From Octopus sinensis (taxonomy: Eukaryota), in NCBI RefSeq assembly GCF_006345805.1, contig NC_043006.1, forward strand, positions 61,628,001-61,692,000: 64,000 nucleotides of DNA, read 5' to 3'. This document shows positions 62,438-64,000 of the stretch, piece by piece. The first letter of the stretch is position 1. Every line of letters starts with the position of its first letter. The notes under the pieces were generated by a model. It did no database searches. It worked only from the letters and a program-made list of their open reading frames with translations, and was not told where the DNA came from. The position numbers and the translations under genes are program-made.

Positions 62438-63695
62438 AAACTTAGGTAAACTTAGATATGTTTCGACCAAAGATTGGTCCAGGCCATGTGTAACTTAATA
62501 GCACCACCTGATAGGAGTATTCGAATCCTGTTTAAGTCAAGTTTTGTTTATGGTCCATTCGAGTAGTGAGTTTTTGTTGGGTGAGTTCTATCCAATTATG
62601 GGTGGCTTATCTGGTATTCTTTGAAGGAAACTATCCAGACTCCGTTTAAAGTTGATAGGATCCTTTTCCTCTTTGATCTCTTTCGGGACAATGTTAAATA
62701 GAGCAGGGCCTGTTGAGGAAAAGAAATTATGTTGCAGTGTACATGTATGCTGTGATCTTGAATTGGGCAGGGGACGTATGGCCCGTGGTCCCAATCTTGG
62801 ATGAACCTTGAAGCTAATGTTCAGGTCGTTTTGGCAAAGTTGGCGGTATATCGTACAAATGATGTACCGCTCTCGGCGACGCTGGAGAGAGCAGAGTTTA
62901 AAGGCTTTAAGGCGATCTCAATAATCGAGAGCAGCCATGCCTTCAATTCGTTGCATTTTGTTTCTGTCTGCCCATTGACTCACAGCATATAGATCAGACT
63001 GGAGTTGAGTTCGGTCTGCTTCTTCATTGACGATTTGCTGGAGCTTAGTGTTATCAGCAAATATTTTCACTTTGCAGTAATGTATGACACTGGAAAGGTC
63101 GTTTATATAAATTATGAAGAGTAGCGGACCCAAACAGTTCCCTGGGGAACACCGCTGGTGACTTTTGCTGGGCTTGAGTGGACTCCATCAACTACAACAT
63201 GTGTTCTATTCGCCAGGAAATACTTAATCCAGTATAGAACTTTTCCACGGATTCCAATATTTGCCAATTTTGAGATTAGGATATTATGATCTACCCTGTC
63301 GAACGCTTTACTGAAGTCAAGATATATGACGTCAGAGTTCGAACCTGTTCCCAAGGCTTTGAGTACATCTTCAATGTGGTGTAAGAGCAGTCCCTGCCAC
63401 AGCGAAAGCCATGCTGATTTGCATTTAGGTGTTTGTGGGTCTCCAGGAAGTCAGCTATCCTTGATCTTAACACTCTTTCAAACACTTTAATGATGTGGGA
63501 GTGAGTGAGATTGGGCGATAGTTGACTGCGAGGGATCTATTTCCCTGTTTGAAAACCGGGATGACCGACTGGGATAGAAACTGTTTCGGTATATAACCTG
63601 TGTCTAACGAATTTCTCCAGAGGTTGGTCAGAGGGACTGCAAGTTGGTGTCTACATTCCTCGAGGAGACTAGCGGGGAATCTATCAGGGTCTACA
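62438..63695 (-). mobile_element. CR1/L2-group LINE 3' portion (RT pseudogene with internal deletion) and 3' tail
   Basis: NYRPISLTPT..FERVLRSRI...NQHGFRCG; VIYLDFSKAFDRVDH; SGVPQGTV; GPLLFIIYINDL; IFADNTKL; RRRERY; GPALFNIVPKEIK. The tail has a GACC/GGTC stem, GAAAC and taagttt repeats. Confidence 0.93.
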
Positions 63696-64000
63696 GCAGA
63701 GTAGTATTTATAATAGTAAATTATTATACCTTTTTGAATAATAGAAGTTTAGTATTAATAATAATAGAGCTGAAGAAAGTAACTTAAAATTCTAATCATT
63801 TTTGCCACTGTTCACAAAAAGATCTCAAAAATTTTGAAGTTTAGCGCAACTAAAGAAGTTTGCGAATACTTGACTGGGTTAACTTTTGTGCACTTCTGTC
63901 TACGTGGTTTCTAATAAAAATTATTCTATGGAAAATACTTAATATTTTTCTGAAGAATGCGTATGCTTTATTGTTAATTCCTTTCCGCTAATTGCATGTT

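Overview
This is a very AT-rich, microsatellite-dense metazoan intronic or intergenic window. The SINE types and (TA)n/(CA)n/(TATC)n density suggest a coleoid cephalopod, probably Octopus; this is recognition by eye, not a database result. I found no confidently supported host gene, and most ORFs in the track are microsatellite read-throughs or antisense frames of transposons. The sequence is a graveyard of decayed mobile elements: Penelope-like retroelements (PLEs) of at least three types, CR1/L2-like LINEs, R4/Dong-like RLE LINE ends, pogo, mariner, maT(DD37D)-like and Chapaev-like DNA transposons, a MITE and many tRNA-derived SINEs. The most striking signals are RNA/DNA structures. (1) A near-perfect 520-bp palindrome (59793-60314) carries a complete type-I hammerhead ribozyme on each strand. 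(2) A 4.3-kb head-to-head PLE palindrome (12402-16668) has arms with complementary deletions, each ending in a hammerhead with a long stem II. (3) Variant UUGAWAA hammerheads lie in Neptune-type PLE ends. (4) A 3' stem-loop with compensatory changes is shared by LINEs and SINEs. (5) Several further fold-back hairpins occur. Two short candidate host exons, one EF-hand-like, are flagged at low confidence.
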